A stretch of 64,000 nt of DNA from an uncultured Erysipelotrichaceae bacterium (GCA_902775285.1 CACYLI010000002.1:82756-146755); one strand, 5' to 3'. Counted from the stretch's first letter, positions 29,653 through 39,642 are shown. Program-made: numbers and translations. The notes: generated by a model from the letters alone, not told the origin.

Positions 29653-30243
29653 TTAACAATAATCTTTAAAATCTTTTTCTATTTGTGGAGCAAGTATTCC
29701 TTTTCTTAAAAATATTATTTTATTATCTTCTATTTTTATTAACGTGGAAGCAACATCACTTAAAATTCCATCATCTTTAATATATGATACTTTATTTTTT
29801 AATTCTTTATCCAGCATATCAATGCTTGTTATTACTTTTTCATTTGTTATATTTGCACTACTAGATATTAATGGTTTTCCAAATTTTTCTATTACTTCTC
29901 TTAAATAATTATTATCTGGCATTCTTATACCAATATATTCACTATTTTTAGTTAACTCATCATTAATTTTATTATTCTTTTTAAATAATATTGTTAATGT
30001 ATTAGGCCAGTATGCATCAATTATTCTTTTTTGTAAATCATTTATTTCACTTACATATTCTTTTAGCATTTCTAAAGAAGACACTACTATTAAATGAGGT
30101 TTATTACTATGTTTAGCATCATCTACATTCTTTATTGCTTTTATATTAGTAGCATCAGCAAATATTCCATAAACTGTATCACTTGGTAATATAGCAATTT
30201 CTCCTTTATTTAAAACATCAATTAATTCTTCCATATTCTTCAC
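29653..30243 (-). CDS. tsaC: L-threonylcarbamoyladenylate synthase (Sua5/YrdC/YwlC family)
   Basis: YrdC-domain motifs (ILPSDTVYG…); 196 aa. Confidence 0.8.
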   Translation of the reverse strand: MKNMEELIDVLNKGEIAILPSDTVYGIFADATNIKAIKNVDDAKHSNKPHLIVVSSLEMLKEYVSEINDLQKRIIDAYWPNTLTILFKKNNKINDELTKNSEYIGIRMPDNNYLREVIEKFGKPLISSSANITNEKVITSIDMLDKELKNKVSYIKDDGILSDVASTLIKIEDNKIIFLRKGILAPQIEKDFKDYC

Positions 30244-30267
30244 CTACTTATATTATACATAAAATAT

Positions 30268-30295
30268 ATAAAAAAATAGTACTAAATATACTATT
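30268..30295 (-). terminator. rho-independent terminator of the three-gene unknown operon
   Basis: aatagta-ctaaata-tactatt hairpin overlapping the stop codon, followed on the minus strand by a T7 run. Confidence 0.5.
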
Positions 30296-31241
30296 TCTTT
30301 ATTTTAACTAATTCCTTTTTAAATCCAGCTTTTGCTTTTTCTATATCAATTTTATCTTCCAAATTTAAATATTCAATAACATTTTCAAAATCTTCTACTA
30401 AATCATATCCCCTGATTCCCATTTTTGATGGTTGATCAAAATAAATGTCTCTATTACTAAATTTTAAAAAATCTTGTGTAAAACTTTTATTACATTTATT
30501 ACCATATCCACTACCCCAATAGTTTCTAAAATCCATTGTTTCCATTACTCTAAATATAATTCTTCTAAAGAATTCTATATGGCATAAAGCTTTATATAAA
30601 TTATTCATTCTAATCTTTTCGCCATGATTCTTTATTTTTACAACAGTATATTCTATTTCATCATCTAAATAGCTTAATTCAAATGCTTCCAATTCTACAT
30701 TATATCCTGCATTCTCTAAAGCTTTAATTATATTTGCAATTATTTTTGTTCTGTTTATAACTTGACTTTCTTTGGTATATCCATTATATGAAATTAAAAC
30801 ATATATTTTTATAAATTTAGTTTTTTTTGTTCTTTGTAAATCATCAAAACATAATGGATCTCCAGCAGAATAAGCTGGTATATTTAAATGTCCTCCACTA
30901 ACTGTTTTAACTATTTCATATTTTGAAGACTCTTTTAACATAGCATTTGATAAGCTTTTTTCAAATTCTAAAAATTCATTATATTGTTGACCCTCTGGTT
31001 TAAGTAAGTCTTGTAATGCTTCATAATAAGGTTTTCCTGCTATGTCAATCGGACATTCTTCGCTTTGTAATATTGGAAACACTTGATCATTTGTTGGAGG
31101 ATTACTAATCAAATAATTATAAAGACTTGTAAAGCTATTAAATCTAGCTGTATGTAATGTATATTTTTTACCTAAAACTATTACATCTTTAGGTTCAAAC
31201 ATTACATTAGGATGATTAATATAGTTATTAGGTAAACTCAT
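30291..31241 (-). CDS. hypothetical protein (third gene of the unknown operon)
   Basis: 316 aa; no recognisable motif; starts 12 nt after the AAA_5 gene. Confidence 0.5.
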   Translation of the reverse strand: MSLPNNYINHPNVMFEPKDVIVLGKKYTLHTARFNSFTSLYNYLISNPPTNDQVFPILQSEECPIDIAGKPYYEALQDLLKPEGQQYNEFLEFEKSLSNAMLKESSKYEIVKTVSGGHLNIPAYSAGDPLCFDDLQRTKKTKFIKIYVLISYNGYTKESQVINRTKIIANIIKALENAGYNVELEAFELSYLDDEIEYTVVKIKNHGEKIRMNNLYKALCHIEFFRRIIFRVMETMDFRNYWGSGYGNKCNKSFTQDFLKFSNRDIYFDQPSKMGIRGYDLVEDFENVIEYLNLEDKIDIEKAKAGFKKELVKIKK

Positions 31242-31253
31242 AATTTCTCCTTT

Positions 31254-33452
31254 CTATCCACGTGGATGATTACAACGATAAATTAAATTTTTTGCAAGTG
31301 TTATTTCATCCATATCATTATTATCAATCATAGATTCTGTTAATTTACATTCTTCTTTTATGTTGTACATTTTTCTTATTTGAGCTGATATAAATGATAA
31401 ATAATCATCATCTTTTTTCTGAGTAAATTTTTCTCTTATTATTTGATCTGCACTCTTACTATTATGATTTAAAAACTTAACAATACATGATCCATCACGA
31501 GTTGTTATCATACCAGGTGTAACTGGATAACCTGCTTGTGATGCAGATAAATCACAAGCTATTCTAAAGTTCTTAAATAATCCATACCAAGCGGTATATT
31601 TTCCAAATATTCTTTCTTCTAATCTAGGATCATATGTAGAATTTTTAAATGTTAACCTTTGTTGAATAGCTTCATCCATTTTTTCACGAGCATTATGTAT
31701 TTCATTTTCACCATCACCATTTGTATTACCACCAGCAATTATTCTAAAATTAGGATTAACTGGTACTGTTAATGTTTCAGCAAATGTTACATATCTTTTT
31801 TTATTAGGATTATCTACAGTAGCTTTCATTTCATCATATAAAACTCTAATAGCAACTTGAGTTTCTGCTTTTCCATTATCAAGTTCATCAAAAGAAAGTA
31901 ATTTTCCATAAAGAAGTGAAATAAAAGCTTGAGTTGCTCTAAATCTACCATGAGGATCAGTATAAGCCATTACACTATATACATTTGTTATAGGACCATT
32001 TTCTGCATAGTCTATTCCTAAAAGACTAGCAACTTGTTCAAACATATGTGTTTTTCCACTTCCACTAGGTCCATATAAATAAACCCAATCTCCTTCTATA
32101 ACATCAACTAAAACTTCATCTATAATACTGTGAAATAATTCTCCATTTTTTTCTCTTCTCTTTTTTTCTTTCATTATTTCTTCAAAACGCACATCAAATG
32201 GAATACTTGTATCAAAAGCACGTACTAATTTATCATTAATTTGACCTTCTGGAATTACAACTCTTTGATTATCTGGAATTATTTGTTTATCAAATCCTGG
32301 AATAATAATACTTGGATATGTACTTGTATTTACTCCACTTACTTCAACAACTTGTTCACCATTAGCTGGTCTAGATAATAATACTTCTTTTACAGTGGCA
32401 CTTTTAGCAGCATCTTCTATTATTTTTCTTAATTGTGGTTCATTTTGCATATAATTTTTTAATGAATCAACACTTTCTTCTGCAGCTTTTTTAATTTTTA
32501 ATAAATCTGAAGTGGTTGTATTATTAATACTTTGAGCATATATTTTTATATTCTTAATACTTTCAGTTGTATCTTTTAGAATACTATTAAATATTTGATC
32601 ACTACTATTTTTTAATGATTGCTCTAATTCTAATAAATATTCATCTAATTTTTCTACAATAGATTTTTTAGCAATTTCTATTTCAGTTTCAAGTTTATTT
32701 AAAGCATTATTACTTGTTTCATTAATTGAACTAATACCTTTTGCTGTTAATATTTTTACTCTTTCATCATATGCATCTAATCTTTGTTGCATGTTTTCAA
32801 GTCTAACAATCATAGCTTCAGCACGTCTTGCATTATCTGAAATAGTAGCTAAACTTTTTTCATCTAATGGATAAACTCCACATCTCTTTTTAGCCTCAAT
32901 CAACCTTTCTCTACTAAATGTTTCTAAATCTCCTACTACATTTTTTATATCTTTTATATATGATAATATTTCTTTTTTTAATATATTTTCATTTATACAA
33001 TAAGGACTAACACTAATAGCATAATCTAAAATATTTGCTTTTAATTTTTTTAATTCACTATCGCTATCTATAATATTCATTATTTGTTCATAGTCCATTC
33101 TACTATCAAATATTGAATAAAATTCTTTTATTGGTTCATAATCTCCAATAATTAGTGAATTTTTTATTCCATCATAACCAGGTGTTTCTTTGCCTTCAGG
33201 TAACATAAATTTAATACTATCAATTATATTTAAAAATTTTTCATTATATATTCCATCTATAGATGAATCTATATCATATTCACCATTAACAAATTTTAAT
33301 ATAATAGCATTCATTAATTCAAAATCAATAAAATCATTATTTCTTGTTCCATTCTTAACACCATTAACATAATTAATTAAATATCCTTGAAAATCATAAC
33401 TAATTTTTGTTGAAGATTTAATTGCTTTTAATAATTTTCTATATTCTTCCAT
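31254..33452 (-). CDS. AAA_5 (MoxR/McrB-clade) ATPase with a long N-terminal coiled-coil region
   Basis: Walker A GPSGSGKT, Walker B LLSFDELDNG, sensor-1 region PNFRIIAGGNTNG and an arginine-containing QQRLTF helix, matching the dynein-related AAA_5 layout. The first 430 aa or so are heptad-rich. Confidence 0.6.
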   Translation of the reverse strand: MEEYRKLLKAIKSSTKISYDFQGYLINYVNGVKNGTRNNDFIDFELMNAIILKFVNGEYDIDSSIDGIYNEKFLNIIDSIKFMLPEGKETPGYDGIKNSLIIGDYEPIKEFYSIFDSRMDYEQIMNIIDSDSELKKLKANILDYAISVSPYCINENILKKEILSYIKDIKNVVGDLETFSRERLIEAKKRCGVYPLDEKSLATISDNARRAEAMIVRLENMQQRLDAYDERVKILTAKGISSINETSNNALNKLETEIEIAKKSIVEKLDEYLLELEQSLKNSSDQIFNSILKDTTESIKNIKIYAQSINNTTTSDLLKIKKAAEESVDSLKNYMQNEPQLRKIIEDAAKSATVKEVLLSRPANGEQVVEVSGVNTSTYPSIIIPGFDKQIIPDNQRVVIPEGQINDKLVRAFDTSIPFDVRFEEIMKEKKRREKNGELFHSIIDEVLVDVIEGDWVYLYGPSGSGKTHMFEQVASLLGIDYAENGPITNVYSVMAYTDPHGRFRATQAFISLLYGKLLSFDELDNGKAETQVAIRVLYDEMKATVDNPNKKRYVTFAETLTVPVNPNFRIIAGGNTNGDGENEIHNAREKMDEAIQQRLTFKNSTYDPRLEERIFGKYTAWYGLFKNFRIACDLSASQAGYPVTPGMITTRDGSCIVKFLNHNSKSADQIIREKFTQKKDDDYLSFISAQIRKMYNIKEECKLTESMIDNNDMDEITLAKNLIYRCNHPRG

Positions 33453-34750
33453 TATTTATCCCCCTTAATTAAAGATAATGCTTTATTTTCATTTACTAAA
33501 TCTGTATTAAATAAAACACTGTCATTATTTATACTAATCAATTTATCTTTATTTACTTCATCTAATTTACTCTTAAATATATGATAAAAATATTTATTTT
33601 CTAAAAATTCTTGATAATATGCATCAGGATATCTTGTATCAAGAAATGCTGTTTCAATTGCATAAATATTATCTGTTTTAGATATACAGAAACACATTGT
33701 ATTTTTAATTGCATCATCTAAAACAACACTTTCAGTATTCAAAGAAGAACTAATTCTTTTATATGTCTTTGAATAATTCTCTTTTTTAATAAAGCCATTA
33801 TCATTTACATTTATATACATAGAATAAGTTTTAATGATCTTTTCTACAGAATTCAAATCATAAATACTATTATTTATTCCATATAAGCTTCCCCATGGCA
33901 AATAAAACCATTTAAAATTAGTTTCATTATCTAAATCTGTAATATTTTTATATATATTTTCACACTCTTTTAAATCTTTATTGTCATAGAATAAATTTAA
34001 ATAATTCTTACTTATACTAATAATTTGTTTCACTTTTTCATTATTAGTAAGATAAGTATATTCACAATTTAATTCTTTATTATTCATAAACACATTAATT
34101 CTATCATTTAAAAATCTTATATTAATTTCAAGTGGACTCTTTAATAAACCACTGACTATAAATGTATAATCATTATCACTATTTCTACTAAAAAGAATAT
34201 TTATAACTTTATTAAGTCCATTTACACTAGCATAGCTAATAAAAGAATCTCTATATCCTTGTATATCATTATTTAGAATTACTTTTTTATTCGTTTTATT
34301 AAATAAATCTTCTATATGATATTTAATAATTGGAAAAAGTAATTTAACTTCATCAATTTGAAATAGTAAACTATTATCATATGAGAATTTATCATTATAA
34401 AATTCATATATACTATTTAATTCTGTTAATTTCCCATTTTCTAAAATGTTTTTAGTATGATTATCTATTTTTATAGTACCTCTCATTTTAAATGGATCTG
34501 TTAATTTATCTTCTATAATATTATTTTTTTCATCATTATATACTTCTGTTACTTTCTTAACAAAAGAATAAAAATACTTCTCTCTTGATGATAAAGATAA
34601 CATCTTACCATGATCATAATAAACCGTTAACAATGGGATTAATTCTATCTTAGAAGAAGATACTACTCTTAAATTATCTATATTAATACTTTCTATATTC
34701 CTAATATTATATATTTTTATTAAAGTATCTGATATACCATAAACTTGCAT
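33452..34750 (-). CDS. hypothetical protein (first gene of the unknown operon)
   Basis: 432 aa; its stop overlaps the start of the AAA_5 gene (translational coupling). Confidence 0.5.
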   Translation of the reverse strand: MQVYGISDTLIKIYNIRNIESINIDNLRVVSSSKIELIPLLTVYYDHGKMLSLSSREKYFYSFVKKVTEVYNDEKNNIIEDKLTDPFKMRGTIKIDNHTKNILENGKLTELNSIYEFYNDKFSYDNSLLFQIDEVKLLFPIIKYHIEDLFNKTNKKVILNNDIQGYRDSFISYASVNGLNKVINILFSRNSDNDYTFIVSGLLKSPLEINIRFLNDRINVFMNNKELNCEYTYLTNNEKVKQIISISKNYLNLFYDNKDLKECENIYKNITDLDNETNFKWFYLPWGSLYGINNSIYDLNSVEKIIKTYSMYINVNDNGFIKKENYSKTYKRISSSLNTESVVLDDAIKNTMCFCISKTDNIYAIETAFLDTRYPDAYYQEFLENKYFYHIFKSKLDEVNKDKLISINNDSVLFNTDLVNENKALSLIKGDK

Positions 34751-34776
34751 ATAACCCCCCTTACAAAGTGATGTGT

Positions 34777-34785
34777 ATTATATCA
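34777..34785 (-). promoter_or_regulatory. extended -10 promoter (TGaTATAAT) of the unknown operon
   Basis: TGnTATAAT on the minus strand about 25 nt upstream of a G-rich RBS (aagggggg) and the ATG at 34750. Confidence 0.4.
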
Positions 34786-34792
34786 TTTTTTA

Positions 34793-34820
34793 ATAAAAAA
34801 AGCAATATATACTATTGCTT
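34793..34820 (-). terminator. rho-independent terminator of the prs-like gene
   Basis: aagcaata-tatac-tattgctt hairpin overlapping the stop, then a T7 run on the minus strand. Confidence 0.5.
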
Positions 34821-35945
34821 AAATTTAAGTTCTAATTTTTTAACAGACTCACTTCTATCTCTTAATATATCTGAAATAGATAAGTCATTATGAATTCTAT
34901 ATATTATTTGAGCTAATTCTTTTGAACAATCACATACATGCAACCATTCTTTATCTTTATATACTTGAGGTATATAAGATAAATTTGTTGTATAAATTCC
35001 ATCAAATTTCTTCTGATCAAAATATTCATCAAATAACATTATTCCCTTAGTAAACAAAGTATATGTCACTATTACATAAATATGTTCTATATTTCTATTT
35101 TTAAGTTCATCTATTACATCTAAAATACTACCACCACTTGAAATCATATCATCTATTACAATAGCAGTTTTTCCTTTTAAATCATTGTTACCAGAATAAT
35201 CATGAGAAAGAATTGGATATTTGCCATCTACTAAACGATTATAATCTCTTTGTTTAACAAAACTTCCTGCTTCTCTATTAATGAATTCTGAATTAAATGA
35301 ATTTAAATAAACCATTCTTCTTCCAGCAGCACCATTATCCGGAGCCACAAATACCATATTCTTAAGTTCACTTACATCTAAATCATCAATGAATGAATCT
35401 AAAATAACATCAGTTGCTAAAAAATTATTAAATTCCATATTATGCACAGCATGTTCTACTCCTTGATCATGAGCATCAAATGTATTAAAACTTTTAATTT
35501 TACTTATATTATCTAATTCTCTTAGATTTTCTCCACAAGTTAGATTTTCTCTTGTATTTCTTCTATGTTGTCTTCCAGCATATAATAAAGGCATTACAAT
35601 ATTTAATTTTTCTGCATGACAACAACATGCTCCTATACCATCTTTTAATTGCATCATTAAATCATTAGGACTTGTATGATTAATAAGTCCATGCATATTA
35701 TATTCTACTGAATAATTTCCAATATCAGTTAATAAAAACACATCTTTTCCTCTAACAGTTTCTGTTATTTCAACTTTCAAATGTCCATCATCAAAAAAAT
35801 TTTCTTTAATAGGAACTATAAAAGTATTTTCATCTTTATTTAAATTATATATGTCTAATAAGTGTTCATCTACTTTATTTCCTAACTCACGAGCACTTTC
35901 AAAAACCATTAGTCTTAATTTTTCGTTTGATACTTGATTTTTCAT
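34812..35945 (-). CDS. prs: ribose-phosphate pyrophosphokinase-like protein (divergent, extended)
   Basis: Prs motifs align: VEITETVRGKDVFLL, PLLYAGRQHRR and the PRPP-binding loop VIDDMISSGGS. At 377 aa it carries insertions, including a GACCCH cluster. Confidence 0.65.
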   Translation of the reverse strand: MKNQVSNEKLRLMVFESARELGNKVDEHLLDIYNLNKDENTFIVPIKENFFDDGHLKVEITETVRGKDVFLLTDIGNYSVEYNMHGLINHTSPNDLMMQLKDGIGACCCHAEKLNIVMPLLYAGRQHRRNTRENLTCGENLRELDNISKIKSFNTFDAHDQGVEHAVHNMEFNNFLATDVILDSFIDDLDVSELKNMVFVAPDNGAAGRRMVYLNSFNSEFINREAGSFVKQRDYNRLVDGKYPILSHDYSGNNDLKGKTAIVIDDMISSGGSILDVIDELKNRNIEHIYVIVTYTLFTKGIMLFDEYFDQKKFDGIYTTNLSYIPQVYKDKEWLHVCDCSKELAQIIYRIHNDLSISDILRDRSESVKKLELKFKQ

Positions 35946-36048
35946 AAAACCTCCATAAAAAAAGAGTACCCAAAAAATACTCTTTATTAATCAAATATAA
36001 TGTAACTAAAATATATCATATAATCACATCCAAGATTAGAATAACATT

Positions 36049-37095
36049 TTAAATACTTTTTTTCAAGCTTAATTGTTTTTCTTCTTCATTTACAGCTTCA
36101 AAATCTATATAATTAGCTGGTATTAAAATATTATTTAATTTATTTTTAATATCTTCTATACTCATTCCTTTTACTCTAGCTGCTCCTGAATGTTCATTTC
36201 CACCACCACCAAAAAGTTTCATTATTTTAGAAACATCTATAATACCTTTGCTTCTTGCACTAATTGAAACAGTTTCTTCATCAATATATGCAATAGCAAA
36301 AGTAGCATTCACTTGATATTTAAGTAAATAATCAGAAGCTTTTGCTATATCTTCTATATCATATGTTTTACCACTATCATCTCTATCACTTGCAATTGCA
36401 AATATATATGTTGGAAAAATAGTATTATCAACAAGTCTTTGTATTGCTCTATCATGATCAAAATCTTCTAAAAACATATTATTAGCAACCATAGAGTCTG
36501 CTCCTCTACTAGTAAGTTTAGCTGCTACACTAAATGTTTCAGTACTTACATTTTTGGTAAGTCTATTTGTATCTAACATAATACCAGCAAGTAAATAATT
36601 AGCATGATCTTTTGTAATCTTAACTCCATTTAAAAATAATAATCTACTTACTTCTTCACATGCACTAGACATTTTTTCATCAATAAATAAATATGGTGTT
36701 TTAATTGTATTATTATCAGTTTTATGATGATCAAGTATAAAAATATCATTAAAATCACTTAAATACTTAGTTACTGAAATAAGATTTGTTTTATTAACAT
36801 CAACTGCAATCATTAAACTTTTATCTGTTATATAATTTGGTATATCACTAGCTTTAATAAAATCAAATTCATTTTTTACATCTTCTATTACTTTCCTAGT
36901 AGCTGATTCTATTTTTTCTATATCATCATCTACTACAATAAAACTCCTTTTTTTATTCTTTTTACATATTAATGACATTCCAATTGAAGCACCAAGCGCA
37001 TCCATATCTGGTCTATTATGTGGAATAATAAACACTCTGTCATTATCATTTAATAGTTTATCAAGACATTCCTTGATATTCCTACTATCTTGCAT
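36049..37095 (-). CDS. nrnA: DHH/DHHA1 phosphoesterase (NrnA-like nanoRNase/pAp phosphatase)
   Basis: PHNRPDMDALGASIG, DHHK motif and a C-terminal GGGH DHHA1 motif. Confidence 0.8.
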   Translation of the reverse strand: MQDSRNIKECLDKLLNDNDRVFIIPHNRPDMDALGASIGMSLICKKNKKRSFIVVDDDIEKIESATRKVIEDVKNEFDFIKASDIPNYITDKSLMIAVDVNKTNLISVTKYLSDFNDIFILDHHKTDNNTIKTPYLFIDEKMSSACEEVSRLLFLNGVKITKDHANYLLAGIMLDTNRLTKNVSTETFSVAAKLTSRGADSMVANNMFLEDFDHDRAIQRLVDNTIFPTYIFAIASDRDDSGKTYDIEDIAKASDYLLKYQVNATFAIAYIDEETVSISARSKGIIDVSKIMKLFGGGGNEHSGAARVKGMSIEDIKNKLNNILIPANYIDFEAVNEEEKQLSLKKSI

Positions 37096-37113
37096 ATTTA
37101 ATGCTCTCCTTCA

Positions 37114-37144
37114 TAAAAAAATATTATCATTTTAAAAATGATAA
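37114..37144 (-). terminator. rho-independent terminator
   Basis: Perfect 9-bp palindrome ttatcattt-taa-aaatgataa followed by a T run on the minus strand. Confidence 0.5.
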
Positions 37145-37148
37145 CATT

Positions 37149-37176
37149 ATTATACAATTTGCGTTTTAATTGTCAA
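37149..37176 (-). promoter_or_regulatory. sigma-A promoter for nrnA
   Basis: On the minus strand: TTGACA, 16-nt spacer, TATAAT. Confidence 0.45.
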
Positions 37177-37212
37177 TTTGACAAAAAATTAAAAATGTGA
37201 TAGTTAATCCTT

Positions 37213-37596
37213 TTATTTCAATTTGTCAAATATAATCTTTAAATCTCTTTTATCTTTTGGTCTATTAAGTTTCTGTTTTAAAAGAATTAAATCAGTTAGT
37301 TTAATTACAGGAAAACATTCTATATATTCTTTATTTCTTTTATAATTATTATTTCCAAAACTAATTATATCATCAATTAAATAAGTATCATTTTCCATAT
37401 TTTCAAGAACACAATTATATGTTTTTAATAGTTCAGTTTTATATTCTTTAGTAGTAGCTATATCTATATTAGGAGTTTCTTCTTTAAATCCATATAATAC
37501 CATTGCTGCTCCATTTATAACTAAATACTTTTTAGGATTAAAATTATACTTCTTTAAATATTTTATAATATCTTTTCTATTCATTTTTTCCACCAT
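37213..37596 (-). CDS. small nucleotidyltransferase-fold protein (MNT-like)
   Basis: GAAMVLYG…NIDIA matches the pol-beta NTase hG[GS]…DhD signature; 127 aa. Confidence 0.4.
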   Translation of the reverse strand: MVEKMNRKDIIKYLKKYNFNPKKYLVINGAAMVLYGFKEETPNIDIATTKEYKTELLKTYNCVLENMENDTYLIDDIISFGNNNYKRNKEYIECFPVIKLTDLILLKQKLNRPKDKRDLKIIFDKLK

Positions 37597-37635
37597 AATA
37601 ATTTTAACATAATTAAAAAAAATAAAAAACAGTTT

Positions 37636-38175
37636 TCACTGTTTATCTTTTAAATAATCCTCATTTACTCCATCTTCAATCTCTGAATCAATATCTTTTT
37701 CATCTATAATAATATCATAATCTTCTTCATTATTAGATACTGGTATTCTAATCTTTTGGTCTCCTACTATCTCAATGCCAAGTTCTTTAGAAATAGTATA
37801 TTTAATTGTTCTATTATCATTACTTACATCTATACAACTTGGATTTTTAAGACTTCTTACTATTATATCTGATTCATCACCTACACTTGCATTATCTTTT
37901 ACTCTAACATGTACTTTTTCTTCATAAAACATTTTATTACTTATAACATCAGTTTTAGTATTGTTTTCATAACTATACCATATATTAATATCATAACTTC
38001 CACTTATTTTTATATAATCCCCAACTTTTTCACCCTTTAATTTATGATTAATCACCCAACAACCTAAAACGGTATCTATATCTCTATCTACACTTACTTC
38101 ATAATCATTTTTAAATGTTTTTTTACCTTTACCTATTATAGCTTTAGTAACTATTTCTTTATAATTATTAAACAT
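37636..38175 (-). CDS. cotE: spore coat morphogenetic protein CotE
   Basis: Aligns with B. subtilis CotE (EIVTKAIIGKGKKTF, GCWVINHK, YDINIWYSYENNTKTDV) and has an acidic C-terminus. The start was moved to the internal Met, which has a strong AGGAGGG RBS; the track ORF extends 17 codons further upstream. Confidence 0.8.
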   Translation of the reverse strand: MFNNYKEIVTKAIIGKGKKTFKNDYEVSVDRDIDTVLGCWVINHKLKGEKVGDYIKISGSYDINIWYSYENNTKTDVISNKMFYEEKVHVRVKDNASVGDESDIIVRSLKNPSCIDVSNDNRTIKYTISKELGIEIVGDQKIRIPVSNNEEDYDIIIDEKDIDSEIEDGVNEDYLKDKQ

Positions 38176-38217
38176 GACAAATACCCTCCTATAATAAAAT
38201 ATGTAAATTATTTTTAT

Positions 38218-39642
38218 TTGCCACAATACATTATTATTTTATTTTTATTACATAATAATATTATGAATATAGTAAAAGAATTATATAAAAATAAAGAACA
38301 TATGATAGATCTTCAAATAAAAGAAGTTCCTTTTAATAATGATAAAATTTATGTAATAAATATTCAAAGTGTTTCTTCTTCTAATCTTACTAATGAATAT
38401 ATACTTGAATACTTTTCAAAACTTAATATAAGTAAAAAAAGATTTATTAATATTAAAAAAGATATTTTAAAAAGTATTCCATCTATAAGTTATATAGTAA
38501 TAAATGAAAAAGATATATATGATTATTTATTTGAAGGATTTACGATTCTAATATATAAAGATAATATACTTGCTTTTGAAACTAAAGCAAATCTAGATAG
38601 AAGTATTAGCGAACCCACAAGTGAACCTACTGTTAAAGGACCAAAAGATTCTTTTAATGAAAACTATAATATTAATATTGGTTTAATTAGAAAAAGAATC
38701 AAAAATAAAAACTTATATATAGACGAAATAATACTTGGTACTAAAACAAATACAAGAATAAGTATTATGTACTTAAATGATATAGTAGATAAAAAACTAC
38801 TTAATGATGTTAAAAATAAGATTAAAAATATTAAAACAGATAAAATATTAGATACTTATTATATAAAAGAATTAATTAAAAATGAAAATAAAACTCTATT
38901 TCCTACTATTAAATCTACGGAAAAGCCAGACACTATATCTAAAGTTCTAACAGAAGGAAAAATCTGTATACTTTCAGAAAACTCAAATAGTGTTTTAATC
39001 ATACCAACATTTTTTTTAGATTTTTTTTACAATCAAGAAGATAATTATCAGAAAAAGTTTTTTACTTATTTTGTATTATTTATAAGACTTTTAGCTTTTT
39101 TTATAACAATATTTGCACCTGCTATTTATTTATCTTTAATCACATATGATCAACAAATGTTGCCTACTGACTTATTAATAAGTTTTTCAAATCAAAGAGC
39201 AAATGTTCCATTTCCTGCTTTAATTGAAGCATTTATACTAATGTTTACTTTTGAAATTCTATATGAAGCTGATGCACTAACTCCTTCATCTAGAGGTACA
39301 TCTCTTTCTGTATTAGGAGCCTTAATATTAGGTGATGCTGCAGTATCAGCTGGAATAGTTTCTCCTATAATGGTAATAGTTGTTGCTATAACGGCAATTT
39401 CTTCAATATTCTTTGCATACCATGATTTTCAATCATTTATTAGACTTTATAGATATTTTTTAATGTTACTAGCTTCTGTTTTTGGAATAATTGGAATACT
39501 TTTTGGATTCTTACTAATAATAACAAAACTATGTAATCTTAAATCATTTGGTAAACCATTTTTAATAAATATCGCTCCTCTAATACAAAACAAGAATAAA
39601 AAATCATTAATTATTCAAAATACAAATAAAGGTGATATATGA
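38218..39642 (+). CDS. gerAA: spore germination protein, GerA family A subunit
   Basis: GerA A-subunit C-terminal membrane-domain motifs (PSSRGTSLSVLGALILGDAAV…). Confidence 0.85.
   Translation: MPQYIIILFLLHNNIMNIVKELYKNKEHMIDLQIKEVPFNNDKIYVINIQSVSSSNLTNEYILEYFSKLNISKKRFINIKKDILKSIPSISYIVINEKDIYDYLFEGFTILIYKDNILAFETKANLDRSISEPTSEPTVKGPKDSFNENYNINIGLIRKRIKNKNLYIDEIILGTKTNTRISIMYLNDIVDKKLLNDVKNKIKNIKTDKILDTYYIKELIKNENKTLFPTIKSTEKPDTISKVLTEGKICILSENSNSVLIIPTFFLDFFYNQEDNYQKKFFTYFVLFIRLLAFFITIFAPAIYLSLITYDQQMLPTDLLISFSNQRANVPFPALIEAFILMFTFEILYEADALTPSSRGTSLSVLGALILGDAAVSAGIVSPIMVIVVAITAISSIFFAYHDFQSFIRLYRYFLMLLASVFGIIGILFGFLLIITKLCNLKSFGKPFLINIAPLIQNKNKKSLIIQNTNKGDI

Noticed and set aside
37171-37185. 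Perfect palindrome ttgtcaatttgacaa as a regulator operator
   Set aside because: It is more simply explained as the -35 hexamer (TTGACA on the minus strand) of the nrnA promoter, fortuitously mirrored. No second copy was found elsewhere in the window.
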